A stretch of 64,000 nucleotides of DNA, taken from the NCBI GenBank assembly GCA_963663385.2, contig CAXXXD010000002.1:896001-960000 (forward strand), in the 5' to 3' direction. Position 1 is the stretch's first letter. Every line of letters starts with the position of its first letter. The notes beneath the pieces are model-generated. The model ran no database searches. It was not told the DNA's origin and worked only from the letters and a program-made list of their open reading frames with translations. The translations under genes were made by a program, and so were the position numbers. Positions 19,924-29,036 of this stretch are shown here, in pieces. This DNA comes from Oceanispirochaeta sp. Lineage in GTDB: Bacteria; Spirochaetota; Spirochaetia; DSM-2461.

Positions 19924-20269
19924 AAATGGGCTCTCTTTATATATTTTTCTATCATGTTTCCAACCTGGAATTTCTATTTTAACATTTTTTTTCAAAAACG
20001 TGAAAATAAGTGAAAAAATGTTTTATTAAAAGACCTTGAACCGGTTCATCCCTAAAGCACTGGAAAAAATTATTCATTGATTAAAAAAATATAGTTTATT
20101 TATTAATCAGCTTGTGATATGTTATCGATTGATCATTTATTTAACCCAAGTTTAAAAAACAATTCTATAATTTGCTGATTCCATTGTTTTGTAACCGCAT
20201 GGTTGTTGTTTTTAAGCAGAATCGGATTATATCGGGCTATCGGATAGAGGTGCAGCGTAAGGAGTACTA

Positions 20270-21334
20270 ATGAAATACCTGTTCAGATGGGTTATTGTTC
20301 CAGTTCTGTTATTTTTTCTGGTTTCCTGTTCCATGTTTGATGAGGGATCGGATGATTCTGATGATGAATCAAGTTCGGATGGGGGAACTCTTGAAATCAA
20401 TCTAACGTATCTATCAAAAACACTTCTTTCGTATTCTGATAATGATTTATCAGTGTTAACTGCTAAAGTTGATATTTGTGATTCCGATGGATATTCATTT
20501 TTTACATCAGAAGACTTGGAACTAACAGATACTATAAAAGTTAATGATGTTTATATTGGAACTGATTTAACAGTAGAAGTAAATATCTGTAATTCTTTCG
20601 AAAATAATGGCATATTAGAAAGCGGTTCTCAATCAGGTGTAAATATAATTAGTGATACGCCAACAGTTTTGAATATTTCATGTACACCTAATCCCTCTCA
20701 ATTTATGTTTTGTCGTGATATTGATTCAAATGAAATAGACTGGTATGAAATCGATTTATCTGTTGATAACACATATACGTTTATTCAAAGCAGTCCTAAT
20801 GCTGTAACTTGTATATTTGACGCTGAATATAATTTCATTGATGTAATTGATGGTATAAATTCATATGATTATGCATGTGAAGTTAGTGGAACATACTATA
20901 TTGGGATTTATGCAAATCAAGCTGCTGATAATATCTTGAGAATGGCTGAAAATGTTACTCAACTGGAATTATTTTCCCTAATAGAAGGAGCTGTTTCTTC
21001 AACGAATACTGATATCTGGTATGAATTAAATGTTACTCCCGGGGATACATATCAGATTAAATGGAATGATGTGGATTCATGTATTAATACCGGTACATTT
21101 ACCTTTGATGGAAGTGATAGTTTATATACAGCTGATATTACAGCAACTGCGTTTTCAGAATCATCTGATGATGAATATATCTATGGTTCAGGATGGACAA
21201 TAACGATTCAGGAAGGAGACTCTAAGCTTTTCATGTGTGTTAATTCTAAATACGTAAATGGTAACACAATATATGGATCGTATCAAATTACTGTTGAGCC
21301 ATATAAGGGCAATCTGCATATCGATGTTCAATAA
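20270..21334 (+). CDS. Hypothetical acidic lipoprotein, beta-rich, AT-rich gene
   Basis: Lipobox FLVSC; AAGGAG RBS; repeated 'WY..' / 'YYIG' beta-strand motifs. Confidence 0.75.
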   Translation: MKYLFRWVIVPVLLFFLVSCSMFDEGSDDSDDESSSDGGTLEINLTYLSKTLLSYSDNDLSVLTAKVDICDSDGYSFFTSEDLELTDTIKVNDVYIGTDLTVEVNICNSFENNGILESGSQSGVNIISDTPTVLNISCTPNPSQFMFCRDIDSNEIDWYEIDLSVDNTYTFIQSSPNAVTCIFDAEYNFIDVIDGINSYDYACEVSGTYYIGIYANQAADNILRMAENVTQLELFSLIEGAVSSTNTDIWYELNVTPGDTYQIKWNDVDSCINTGTFTFDGSDSLYTADITATAFSESSDDEYIYGSGWTITIQEGDSKLFMCVNSKYVNGNTIYGSYQITVEPYKGNLHIDVQ

Positions 21335-21366
21335 TTTTTATCTATTAATTCAGGAGATATTTATAA

Positions 21367-22875
21367 ATGAAGAGAATTAAATTACTGCAAATAATATTGC
21401 TATTAATGGTACTATCATCCTGCTCAATGTTTTTCAGTTCAAATGATGATAATATGAAAAAACACACAAATTCTGATTCTGGTTCAATTACAATTAGTCT
21501 TAGTTATATGTCTCAAGTGCTACAGGATTATTTCGACTCTCAATCCAGAGCATTATTGTATACAAATTCTGCTCTTATCGAGATTCAGGATTCAGATGGG
21601 AATGATATTGTTGATCCGGTAACTGTTAATTTGTCTACAAGCAGTTCATTTGAGAATAATTCTGTAGAAGTCACAACTATCAATGATATTCCCAGTGGAA
21701 CTGACTACACCGTGAAAATTAGTATTTATAACTCGGCAGTAAGTACAACTGAACCTATAGTAACTGGTTCTGCTGATCCTGTTACAATTTTTAATAATAA
21801 TACCACAAATGTCAGTATTGTTTGTTTACCGGAAAATCCAATAACCATTACCGCAGATGATGGACCATGGAATTATGAATTGGCAGCGAATGAAGAGAAA
21901 TGGTACAAAGTCTCTTTTGATCCATTGATCAATTATACTATATCCCAAGCAACAACAGGAATCGGAACATTCCTATATGATTTCCAAGGTAAATATATCG
22001 CATCTATTAACGATGTTACTCCATATACTTTTGAATGTGTTACTACTGCCTATGGTGACTATTATATTGGAGTTACATCAAGTAGCTCAGGAACAAGTAT
22101 ATTGAATATTACATCTTCGATTCCAGAGGTCTATGAAGGAACTATTACAACTCCGAAAATAATTTCAATTGATACTCAACGAATCTTTAGAATTCCGAGA
22201 AGTGATAGCAGTAATGGCAGAAGCTATTATGCGTTTGGGACAACAGAGGCTGGAGAATATTATCTGGATTATTCACTTTATAATTGGGGTGTAATATGGG
22301 GATTAAGTGCAAGCCTTTATTCTGATAGTACATTTTCTAATCAGTTAGATACCAGTTTTCATTATACTACTGGTCTGTATTATGGTTGGTCTTTAGGAAC
22401 TTTAGATGCTTATACTACTTACTATTTAGAGCTAGGGAGTGAATTTAAAAATGCATTTTCTGGAATAATTTCTTCTCCTGCTTATGTCGAATCGCAAGGG
22501 CAAAATGACGGTTCAATTGATTCTCCAGCCATATTAAGTATAAATACAAAAAATAGCTGTACTGTTGGAACATGTAGTTTTGATCGAATCAGTTATTATA
22601 CTTTTACTACCGGTAGTGAAACGAATTATGATATTACTTTAGAAGGAGAAGAATCAATGCTCTACCCTTTTGATGTATCAGGTGGTGTGTATTCAGATTC
22701 TGATTTTACAGATCAGATAACTAATTTTGATATAATAGGTTGTGCTTATGGAAATAAATATACTTTTAAAGAAACTTTAGCAGCTGATACGAAATATTTT
22801 ATCAAAGTTAAAAATGGATTTGAATTCATAACTTCTGATACTGATCAAAAATTCAGCATTCTTATTGAATCTTAG
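21367..22875 (+). CDS. Hypothetical lipoprotein, paralog of the preceding gene
   Basis: Lipobox LSSC; collinear motif similarity with 20270-21334; Ser/Thr/Tyr-rich repeats. Confidence 0.75.
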   Translation: MKRIKLLQIILLLMVLSSCSMFFSSNDDNMKKHTNSDSGSITISLSYMSQVLQDYFDSQSRALLYTNSALIEIQDSDGNDIVDPVTVNLSTSSSFENNSVEVTTINDIPSGTDYTVKISIYNSAVSTTEPIVTGSADPVTIFNNNTTNVSIVCLPENPITITADDGPWNYELAANEEKWYKVSFDPLINYTISQATTGIGTFLYDFQGKYIASINDVTPYTFECVTTAYGDYYIGVTSSSSGTSILNITSSIPEVYEGTITTPKIISIDTQRIFRIPRSDSSNGRSYYAFGTTEAGEYYLDYSLYNWGVIWGLSASLYSDSTFSNQLDTSFHYTTGLYYGWSLGTLDAYTTYYLELGSEFKNAFSGIISSPAYVESQGQNDGSIDSPAILSINTKNSCTVGTCSFDRISYYTFTTGSETNYDITLEGEESMLYPFDVSGGVYSDSDFTDQITNFDIIGCAYGNKYTFKETLAADTKYFIKVKNGFEFITSDTDQKFSILIES

Positions 22876-22921
22876 TTTTTTTGGGGAGAAATAAACTGAT
22901 TTGATTTAAATGTATATATCG

Positions 22922-22950
22922 AGGGCTGGCCGAATGGCCAGTCCTATTTC
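22922..22950 (+). terminator. Terminator-like hairpin after the lipoprotein pair
   Basis: AGGGCTGGCC-GAAT-GGCCAGTCCT then ATTT. Confidence 0.55.
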
Positions 22951-22964
22951 ATAGAGTCTCTTAT

Positions 22965-23046
22965 CAAAACATATTAATGTTAACTCATATTTCTTAGCAG
23001 AAAGAGGCCGCTCACGAAAATAACATCCATAACCCTGCAGGAATCC
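22965..23046 (+). repeat. Degenerate direct-repeat copy of the epimerase promoter/RBS/first codons (partner 23902-23983)
   Basis: 71/82 ungapped identity by hand alignment; the start ATG is ACG in this copy. Confidence 0.85.
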
Positions 23047-23054
23047 TCCTGAGC

Positions 23055-23375
23055 TCAAGAAGTCAGCCTGTAATCCAGAATATGCGGTTCCCTTTCCAGC
23101 AGCTCCAATAATATCTTTGTTGAACCTGTGGGCGTTCGTTTACCCTGCTCCCACTGTCTGACCGAAGACGCGCTCACATTGAGTAATTTGGCAAATACAG
23201 CCTGACTGAGATGTATCGACTCCCGTATTTTCTTAATATCTTCTGCGGAAACATGTACTTCCGGAATGTTAATACCTAACGATTTTAATTCTTTATCCGT
23301 AAATGAAGTAGGAAGTCCCGCATCCATCAGATCCTGAACAGTTTCGGCAATAGAGTCTCTTATCGAATCTCTCAT
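23055..23375 (-). CDS. HigA-like XRE helix-turn-helix antitoxin
   Basis: 'IKKIRESIHLSQAVFAKLLNVSASSVRQWEQGKRTPTG'. Confidence 0.9.
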   Translation of the reverse strand: MRDSIRDSIAETVQDLMDAGLPTSFTDKELKSLGINIPEVHVSAEDIKKIRESIHLSQAVFAKLLNVSASSVRQWEQGKRTPTGSTKILLELLEREPHILDYRLTS

Positions 23376-23376
23376 A

Positions 23377-23745
23377 CTATTCTCCTATTTCCTGCAAAGC
23401 CTTATTTTTTATAGCTGTTTCCAGTTGGTGCTTATTCAGATTTAATAAATCTTTGCCAATTTTTTTGAAATACTCCAATTCTTTACTGGAGATATTATCC
23501 AGTTCATTTTTTGCAAAGCCATAAATGAAAACAGCTCTATCATTTTCCTTGTAGATAACGATTGTTCTGAAACCACCACTTTTTCCGGATCCTTTTCTGG
23601 CAATCCTGACTTTAAATATATTGGACCCGAGGTTCACCGAGGATAAATCCGATTCAAGATGATTAATGGCATCATTAAGACTATTATCAGCAATATCATT
23701 CTTTTTAGCCCATTTGGTAAACCATTTCGTTTTCAGTTTCTTCAC
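23377..23745 (-). CDS. RelE/HigB-like type II toxin
   Basis: 'KTKWFTKWAKK', 'KVRIARKGSGKSGGFRTI', 'FIYGFAKNE'; toxin upstream of antitoxin (HigBA order). Confidence 0.9.
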   Translation of the reverse strand: MKKLKTKWFTKWAKKNDIADNSLNDAINHLESDLSSVNLGSNIFKVRIARKGSGKSGGFRTIVIYKENDRAVFIYGFAKNELDNISSKELEYFKKIGKDLLNLNKHQLETAIKNKALQEIGE

Positions 23746-23950
23746 AATTTAAATGTATCACATTGTAGTATAGGTGTCACGGTTTATTATCGTTTGATTT
23801 GATATTTCCATGAATGATCTAATTAAAGAAGCATATACTCTTTTTAAGAGTAAACAGTTCTGATAGGTGGAATGAATCCCTTTTTCATAGAGCTCCTTCC
23901 CCAAAACATGTTAATATTCACTCATATTTCATCACCGAAAGAGGCCGCCC

Positions 23951-25015
23951 ATGAAAATAACATCCATCACCCTGCACGAATCCGCCTTCCCCCTCCAAAA
24001 ACCCTTTGTCACCGCCCTCCGCCGGGTGGATTCCGTCCAGGTATTCCATCTGATTATCGAAACGGACGAGGGGATCTGCGGAACAGGCGCCGCCTCTCCC
24101 ACAGAAGCCATTACGGGAGAAACTGTAAAAACCATTAAAGAGGGAACCGCTATTTTCGACAACCTGCTGAAGGGCCGGGAGCTGGATGATCTGAACGGGC
24201 TTCTGGAAGAGGTCCAGACGGCCGTTCCGGGATATATCGCTGCCAAAGCAGCGGTGGATATGGCCCTGTATGATCTGTTTTCCGGAAAAAGCAATCTGCC
24301 CCTCTGCCGTTTTCTGGGCGGCAGCCCCTCGGGTATCGAAACGGATCTGACCATTTCGCTCCGTGAGAAGAATCAGATGGTCGCCGATGCCCTGGAAGCG
24401 GAAAAACGGGGATTCCACACCCTCAAGATAAAGCTGGGGGATGAGTGGTCCCGGGATGTCGACCGGTTTCAGGGGATTGCGGAAGCTGTTTCCTGCCGGC
24501 TCAGGATTGACGCCAATCAGGGCTGGTCCGTAGAGGATACCCTCCGATTTATGGACAGGCTGGAACGGACCGGCAGGGAGATCGATCTTCTGGAACAGCC
24601 TGTCAAGGCGGATGACCTGAAGGGCATGGCCGCTATCCGGGAGAGGATCAGCTGCCCCCTGGCCGCGGATGAAAGTGTGTTCTCCCCCCGGGACGCTTTG
24701 AGAGTGATCGATGCGGGCGCCGCGGATATTATCAATATCAAGCTGCTGAAATCCGGTGGAATACGGCAGGCCGGGAAAATTGCCGCTCTTATAGATACGG
24801 CTGGGCTGACAGGGATGATCGGCTGTATGATGGAAAGCCCGGTCGGGATTGCCGCCGCCCTCCATTTTGCCGCGGCAAACCCTGTTATCCGCTATTACGA
24901 TCTGGATGTCCCTCTTCTGCTGAAGGAGATTCCGGAAGGGTACGGTTTAAGCTGTTCCGGCATCCGTATCGCTCCCCGGGATTACCCGGGACTGGGCGAA
25001 TGTGCTCTGGCATGA
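23951..25015 (+). CDS. L-Ala-D/L-Glu dipeptide epimerase (enolase superfamily)
   Basis: KxK 'LKIKLG', 'DANQGW', 'EQP', 'ADES', 'NIKLLKSGG', 'GCMMES', 'DLD'. Confidence 0.88.
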   Translation: MKITSITLHESAFPLQKPFVTALRRVDSVQVFHLIIETDEGICGTGAASPTEAITGETVKTIKEGTAIFDNLLKGRELDDLNGLLEEVQTAVPGYIAAKAAVDMALYDLFSGKSNLPLCRFLGGSPSGIETDLTISLREKNQMVADALEAEKRGFHTLKIKLGDEWSRDVDRFQGIAEAVSCRLRIDANQGWSVEDTLRFMDRLERTGREIDLLEQPVKADDLKGMAAIRERISCPLAADESVFSPRDALRVIDAGAADIINIKLLKSGGIRQAGKIAALIDTAGLTGMIGCMMESPVGIAAALHFAAANPVIRYYDLDVPLLLKEIPEGYGLSCSGIRIAPRDYPGLGECALA

Positions 25016-25070
25016 TAGATTCTAGGGCAATAAAATAAAACTATTCTATGGATAGAGGAGATAAACCCTC

Positions 25071-25937
25071 ATGTATACGGATTTACAGAATGAAAGCCTG
25101 AGTGTCAGGATTTATACCAACGGGGCGGAGATGAAAAGCCTGAAACTGGAGGGAAAAGAGTACCTCTGGCAGGGAGATCCCGCCTCCTGGAACGGCAGTT
25201 CCCCCCACCTTTTTCCCGTAATCGGCCAGACCCCGGAAAAAGGCTGGCAGTGGAAGGGCCGGGAACTGAAAATGGGGAACCACGGTTTTGCCCGGAGCAG
25301 CGACTTTGAAGTGATGAAAAAGGATGAGACCGAAGCGTCTTTCCGTCTGAGGGACACTGTCGAAACACGGGAAGTCTATCCTTTCAGGTTTCTGCTGGAC
25401 ATCAGCTATAAGCTCAAAGGGAATTCCCTGATTGTCGATTACCATGTGGAAAATCCGGGGGACGAAGACCTCCTTTTTTCTCTGGGGGCTCATCCCGGAT
25501 TCCTCTGTCCCCTTGAAGAGGGCCTGAAGTTTTCCGACTACTACCTGCAGTTCAGCGAAAAGGAAACGGCTGACCGCAGGCTCAAGGATGATTATCTGAC
25601 AGGCGAGAGAACCCCGGCTTTGAAGGATCAGGACCGCCTGGATCTGGATTACTCCCTTTTTGACCGCTGCGCCCTGATCTTCTCGGACCTTAAATCCGAC
25701 TCGATTGAACTGAAGAGCGATAAATCCGACCGTTCTGTCAGGATGGATTTCAAGGGGTTTCCCGATTTCGGGATCTGGACTATCTCCGGTAAAGAGGCTC
25801 CCTATATCTGCCTGGAACCCTGGTACGGTGTCGATTCCACACTGGGCGATTCATCGGATTTTGAAAAGAAAGAGGGGCTGATCCGCCTGAACGGGGGCGG
25901 GGAGTTTAACTGTTTTTATACTGTTACACTGAAATAG
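25071..25937 (+). CDS. Aldose 1-epimerase family protein (LacX-like)
   Basis: 'EYLWQGD', 'HGFAR', 'YPFRF', 'GAHPGF', 'CLEPW'. Confidence 0.9.
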   Translation: MYTDLQNESLSVRIYTNGAEMKSLKLEGKEYLWQGDPASWNGSSPHLFPVIGQTPEKGWQWKGRELKMGNHGFARSSDFEVMKKDETEASFRLRDTVETREVYPFRFLLDISYKLKGNSLIVDYHVENPGDEDLLFSLGAHPGFLCPLEEGLKFSDYYLQFSEKETADRRLKDDYLTGERTPALKDQDRLDLDYSLFDRCALIFSDLKSDSIELKSDKSDRSVRMDFKGFPDFGIWTISGKEAPYICLEPWYGVDSTLGDSSDFEKKEGLIRLNGGGEFNCFYTVTLK

Positions 25938-25946
25938 GACGTTGCC

Positions 25947-27107
25947 ATGCCATCATTCCAGAATGCTTTATATTCTCTGTTTCCCGAATCAGAGGGGGCC
26001 GAGTGGGCGCCCTCTCCGGAGCTGCTGAAAGGGTATGACCGGGAGGGGATCGACTTCTCGCCTTTCCTGGATGCCGGTGCTGTACGGGAAAATGCCCTAT
26101 GGGCGGAGCTCCCCCCGGATTGGGAGGAAGATATTTTAAGAGCTTCCGGACTGATCCTCCGGAATGCTTCCCTTTTGAAAGTATTCTCTCTGGTTTCCCA
26201 GCTTCTGATTCATGAAAGGACGGGGTATAAGGGCGCACAGCTGAAACACTGGCCGGATCCGGAACAGGACATGGGGGAGGATGCGCCTCTCTTTTATCTT
26301 CTTGTTACCCTGAACTGTATCCCCTTTGTGCGGGAACTTCACCGCAGGATGGGGATTCCCGAAGATATCACCCGTGACACCTGTGCCGGGATTGGCACCA
26401 AATGCCTGGATTACTTCTTTTTTCACGGGAAGCCGGGTGTTGTCAAATGGGCTGTCTACTGGTTCAAACACCATCTGGACGGTGAGCTCTTCCGGGTGGG
26501 GCGTCTGGAATATATGATAAAGAAACTGCAGAAGGACATACGCGTCTACCGGAACCCCGCAGGCAAAACAGCTTTGACCATGGAAGAACCGGGAAGCGGA
26601 AAGGCTATACTTGTCAGGCCTGACGGTTCCTGCACGGAAAATACTCTTCCGACTGATTCGGAGTGGACGAGCTGCCTCAGCGGAGAGGATTACGTGCTGG
26701 ATATCCATATTCCCGGCGGAGGAAAGCTGGATCTGGCTGCAGTAAAGGATTCCATGGTCAGGGCGGTGGATTTTTTCGACCGGTTCTTTCCTGAGAAAAA
26801 GACCAGGGGCTTCGAGTGTATTTCCTGGATCTTCAGCCGGGATCTGGAGGCCGTGTTCAAACCGGAGGCCAATCTGATAAGGTTCCGGGATCAGGTCTAC
26901 CTTTTTCCCGTGGAAACGGAGAAGGTGGACGGCTACTACTTTCTGTTTGGTACCTTCTCAAAGAACCCCGATGACTGGCCGGAAAAAACAAGTCTCCAGC
27001 GGAATCTGAAAGCCCATATTCTGAATGACGGTTCCTTTCGTCTGTCCGGTATGGTGTATCTGCGGGATGATCTGGAGAGGTTCGGAGATTTTCCTTACAG
27101 GGGCTGA
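25947..27107 (+). CDS. GNAT-like acyltransferase domain protein (DUF5596-like)
   Basis: 'GIPEDITRDT', 'FRVGRLEY', 'LDIHIP', 'CISWI', 'TSLQR'. Confidence 0.7.
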   Translation: MPSFQNALYSLFPESEGAEWAPSPELLKGYDREGIDFSPFLDAGAVRENALWAELPPDWEEDILRASGLILRNASLLKVFSLVSQLLIHERTGYKGAQLKHWPDPEQDMGEDAPLFYLLVTLNCIPFVRELHRRMGIPEDITRDTCAGIGTKCLDYFFFHGKPGVVKWAVYWFKHHLDGELFRVGRLEYMIKKLQKDIRVYRNPAGKTALTMEEPGSGKAILVRPDGSCTENTLPTDSEWTSCLSGEDYVLDIHIPGGGKLDLAAVKDSMVRAVDFFDRFFPEKKTRGFECISWIFSRDLEAVFKPEANLIRFRDQVYLFPVETEKVDGYYFLFGTFSKNPDDWPEKTSLQRNLKAHILNDGSFRLSGMVYLRDDLERFGDFPYRG

Positions 27108-27200
27108 TAATAGTATAATCCGGGTGTAGGGCCTTAATTGCTGAATAATAACGAAAAGATTATTTTTGAAATACCGGACTGAATTCCTTATAATATTTTT

Positions 27201-28022
27201 ATGGCGGAAAAGACGGCTCCGGATCAGGATGAACTTTCAAAGGCTGCGCAGTATAAAGCTCTGATTAATACAACTCAGGATGGGTACTGGCTGCTTGATT
27301 CCCATGGGGCGATTATTGAAATAAGTGACAGGGCCTGCCGGGTCCTTGAATATAACCGGGATGAAATCCTGGGAAAATGTATCGCTGATATCGAAGGGAA
27401 AGAAACTGCTGACGATACAAAAGCCCATCTGGACAAGGTCATAGAAAAGGGTTCGGATATATTCAAGACCCAGCTCTGTACCAGAACCGGAAAAATCCTT
27501 GATTTTGAAATCAGCACAATCTTCTGGAAGAAAGGGGAAATATTCTTCGTTATTGCCAAAAATATTACCAGGGAGGTGCAGGATATAAGGGAGCTCGTTC
27601 AGACCAGGAAAAAACTGGATGAGCTGAATACCGCACTGCGTATCGTGCTGGAAAGCTGGGAAGCAAAATCAAACGATAAAATACTGAATGTTCAAAGAGC
27701 TCTGCAAAGAACTGTCACTCCTCAATTGAATCATCTGCGCAAGGATTTGGATAAAAACCAGAGGGATATAATCGATTCTGTAATTTTCAATATTAATCAT
27801 GTATTCTATATGCCCGGTAATGAATTAATCCGTAAACTGAATTCCCGGGAATATAAGGTGGGGCAGTATATTGTACAGGGGATGACTTCCAAAGAAATCG
27901 CCGACATTATGGGTATGTCTACCAGGACTATTGAAAGCTGCAGACTCTCCATAAGAAAAAAACTTGACATGAACTCAACTTCCCTCAATTTAAGAGCTGA
28001 GCTGGAAGCTTACTTTAATTAA
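27201..28022 (+). CDS. PAS domain + LuxR-type HTH transcriptional regulator
   Basis: PAS 'DGYWLLD..G.IIE', 'EILGK'; C-terminal 'GMTSKEIADIMGMSTRTIE..R.SIRKKL'. Confidence 0.88.
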   Translation: MAEKTAPDQDELSKAAQYKALINTTQDGYWLLDSHGAIIEISDRACRVLEYNRDEILGKCIADIEGKETADDTKAHLDKVIEKGSDIFKTQLCTRTGKILDFEISTIFWKKGEIFFVIAKNITREVQDIRELVQTRKKLDELNTALRIVLESWEAKSNDKILNVQRALQRTVTPQLNHLRKDLDKNQRDIIDSVIFNINHVFYMPGNELIRKLNSREYKVGQYIVQGMTSKEIADIMGMSTRTIESCRLSIRKKLDMNSTSLNLRAELEAYFN

Positions 28023-28445
28023 GATTTCTGACGGCTTCATAATTCCGGCCGGTATACTGCCCTCTCCTTATCCTGCCCATGTAATCTGGCGATAAACGTA
28101 AGCGGTTGGAATACTGAAAACTACTATAAAACTACTAAGCCCCGGCTATCGGGCGGAAGAGTGGCGATTTGAAACTCAATTGTACTAACTCATATCATTT
28201 AAATAATTAAACATAATATGATTCTCTGACTATGCGTTTCTATACGCCTCGAATAGTACCATCCCTAGTGATATAGGAGAAAATTAGACTGGAAAACGAC
28301 TCGTATATAGATACGATTAATAAAGTACTTCTGTTGATGAATCCTGTAATTTTTTATCGGTAGAGACCGGGCAGATAAAATAATCGGAGAGTGGCTGAAT
28401 CGCAGCTGGTACAGGTAATCCAAAATCTTTTAAAGAGGTGGAAAT

Positions 28446-29024
28446 ATGGAAAATTCCGGATGGATAGGAAAGTTGGCAATCCTTCTTCTATTGGTACTGG
28501 CAGGAAGTTTCTTAGCGGCACAGAGCCGTGATGTCCCTTTGAATCTTGTAAATTTTGTTCAGGAAGAGCTTGCTGCGATAGGGCGGGATCCCGTTGTCGT
28601 TGAAATGGTAGGCCGGCAGAACTCCATTGATACCAACCTGCAGGATATCAGGCAGAGAGATGAAATATGGAAGGCCAATTCCGGAATTGACCGCTTTATG
28701 ATGGATTTGATGAGTAATGAATGTGCTCTGGTCCTTCATAACTACGAGTGTGACTATCCTTTTATTGTCGAGACATTTGCCATGGACAGCCTGGGAGCCA
28801 ATGTCGGTCAGACGACTAAAACCTCGGACTACTGGCAGGGAGATGAAGCAAAGTTCACAGAATCCTATAAGGATGGCCGGGGTGAAATCTATTACGGCGA
28901 TGTGGAGTATGATGACAGCGTGAATGAAATCATCGTACAGGTTTCCATACCGGTTATGTCAGATAACAGGGCGATCGGCGCTATAACGTTCGGCATCAGC
29001 CTTGATAGATGGGAAAGGCGATAG
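28446..29024 (+). CDS. Secreted stand-alone Cache/PDC-like sensor protein
   Basis: Signal peptide; 'ETFAMDSLGANVG..KTSDYWQGDEAKF', 'EYDDS', 'QVSIPV...AIGAITFGI'. Confidence 0.7.
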   Translation: MENSGWIGKLAILLLLVLAGSFLAAQSRDVPLNLVNFVQEELAAIGRDPVVVEMVGRQNSIDTNLQDIRQRDEIWKANSGIDRFMMDLMSNECALVLHNYECDYPFIVETFAMDSLGANVGQTTKTSDYWQGDEAKFTESYKDGRGEIYYGDVEYDDSVNEIIVQVSIPVMSDNRAIGAITFGISLDRWERR

Positions 29025-29036
29025 GGGGAGATCAGG

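Noticed and set aside
22951..23364. 15-bp match ATAGAGTCTCTTATC at 22951 and 23350
   Set aside because: One copy lies within the antitoxin coding sequence and no mechanism is evident; may be chance.
20040..23900. Integron cassette array or IS/prophage explanation for the AT-rich insert
   Set aside because: No integrase or transposase, attC-like structure or terminal inverted repeats were found.
23918..24865. 315-aa minus-strand ORF
   Set aside because: Antisense shadow of the well-supported dipeptide epimerase; no recognisable motifs.
28022..28446. Sigma28 or sigma54 promoter, or c-di-GMP riboswitch, ahead of the chemoreceptor operon
   Set aside because: GCAGATAA lacks a correctly spaced TAAA, and TGGCTGAATCGCAGC lacks the TTGC element; not supportable.
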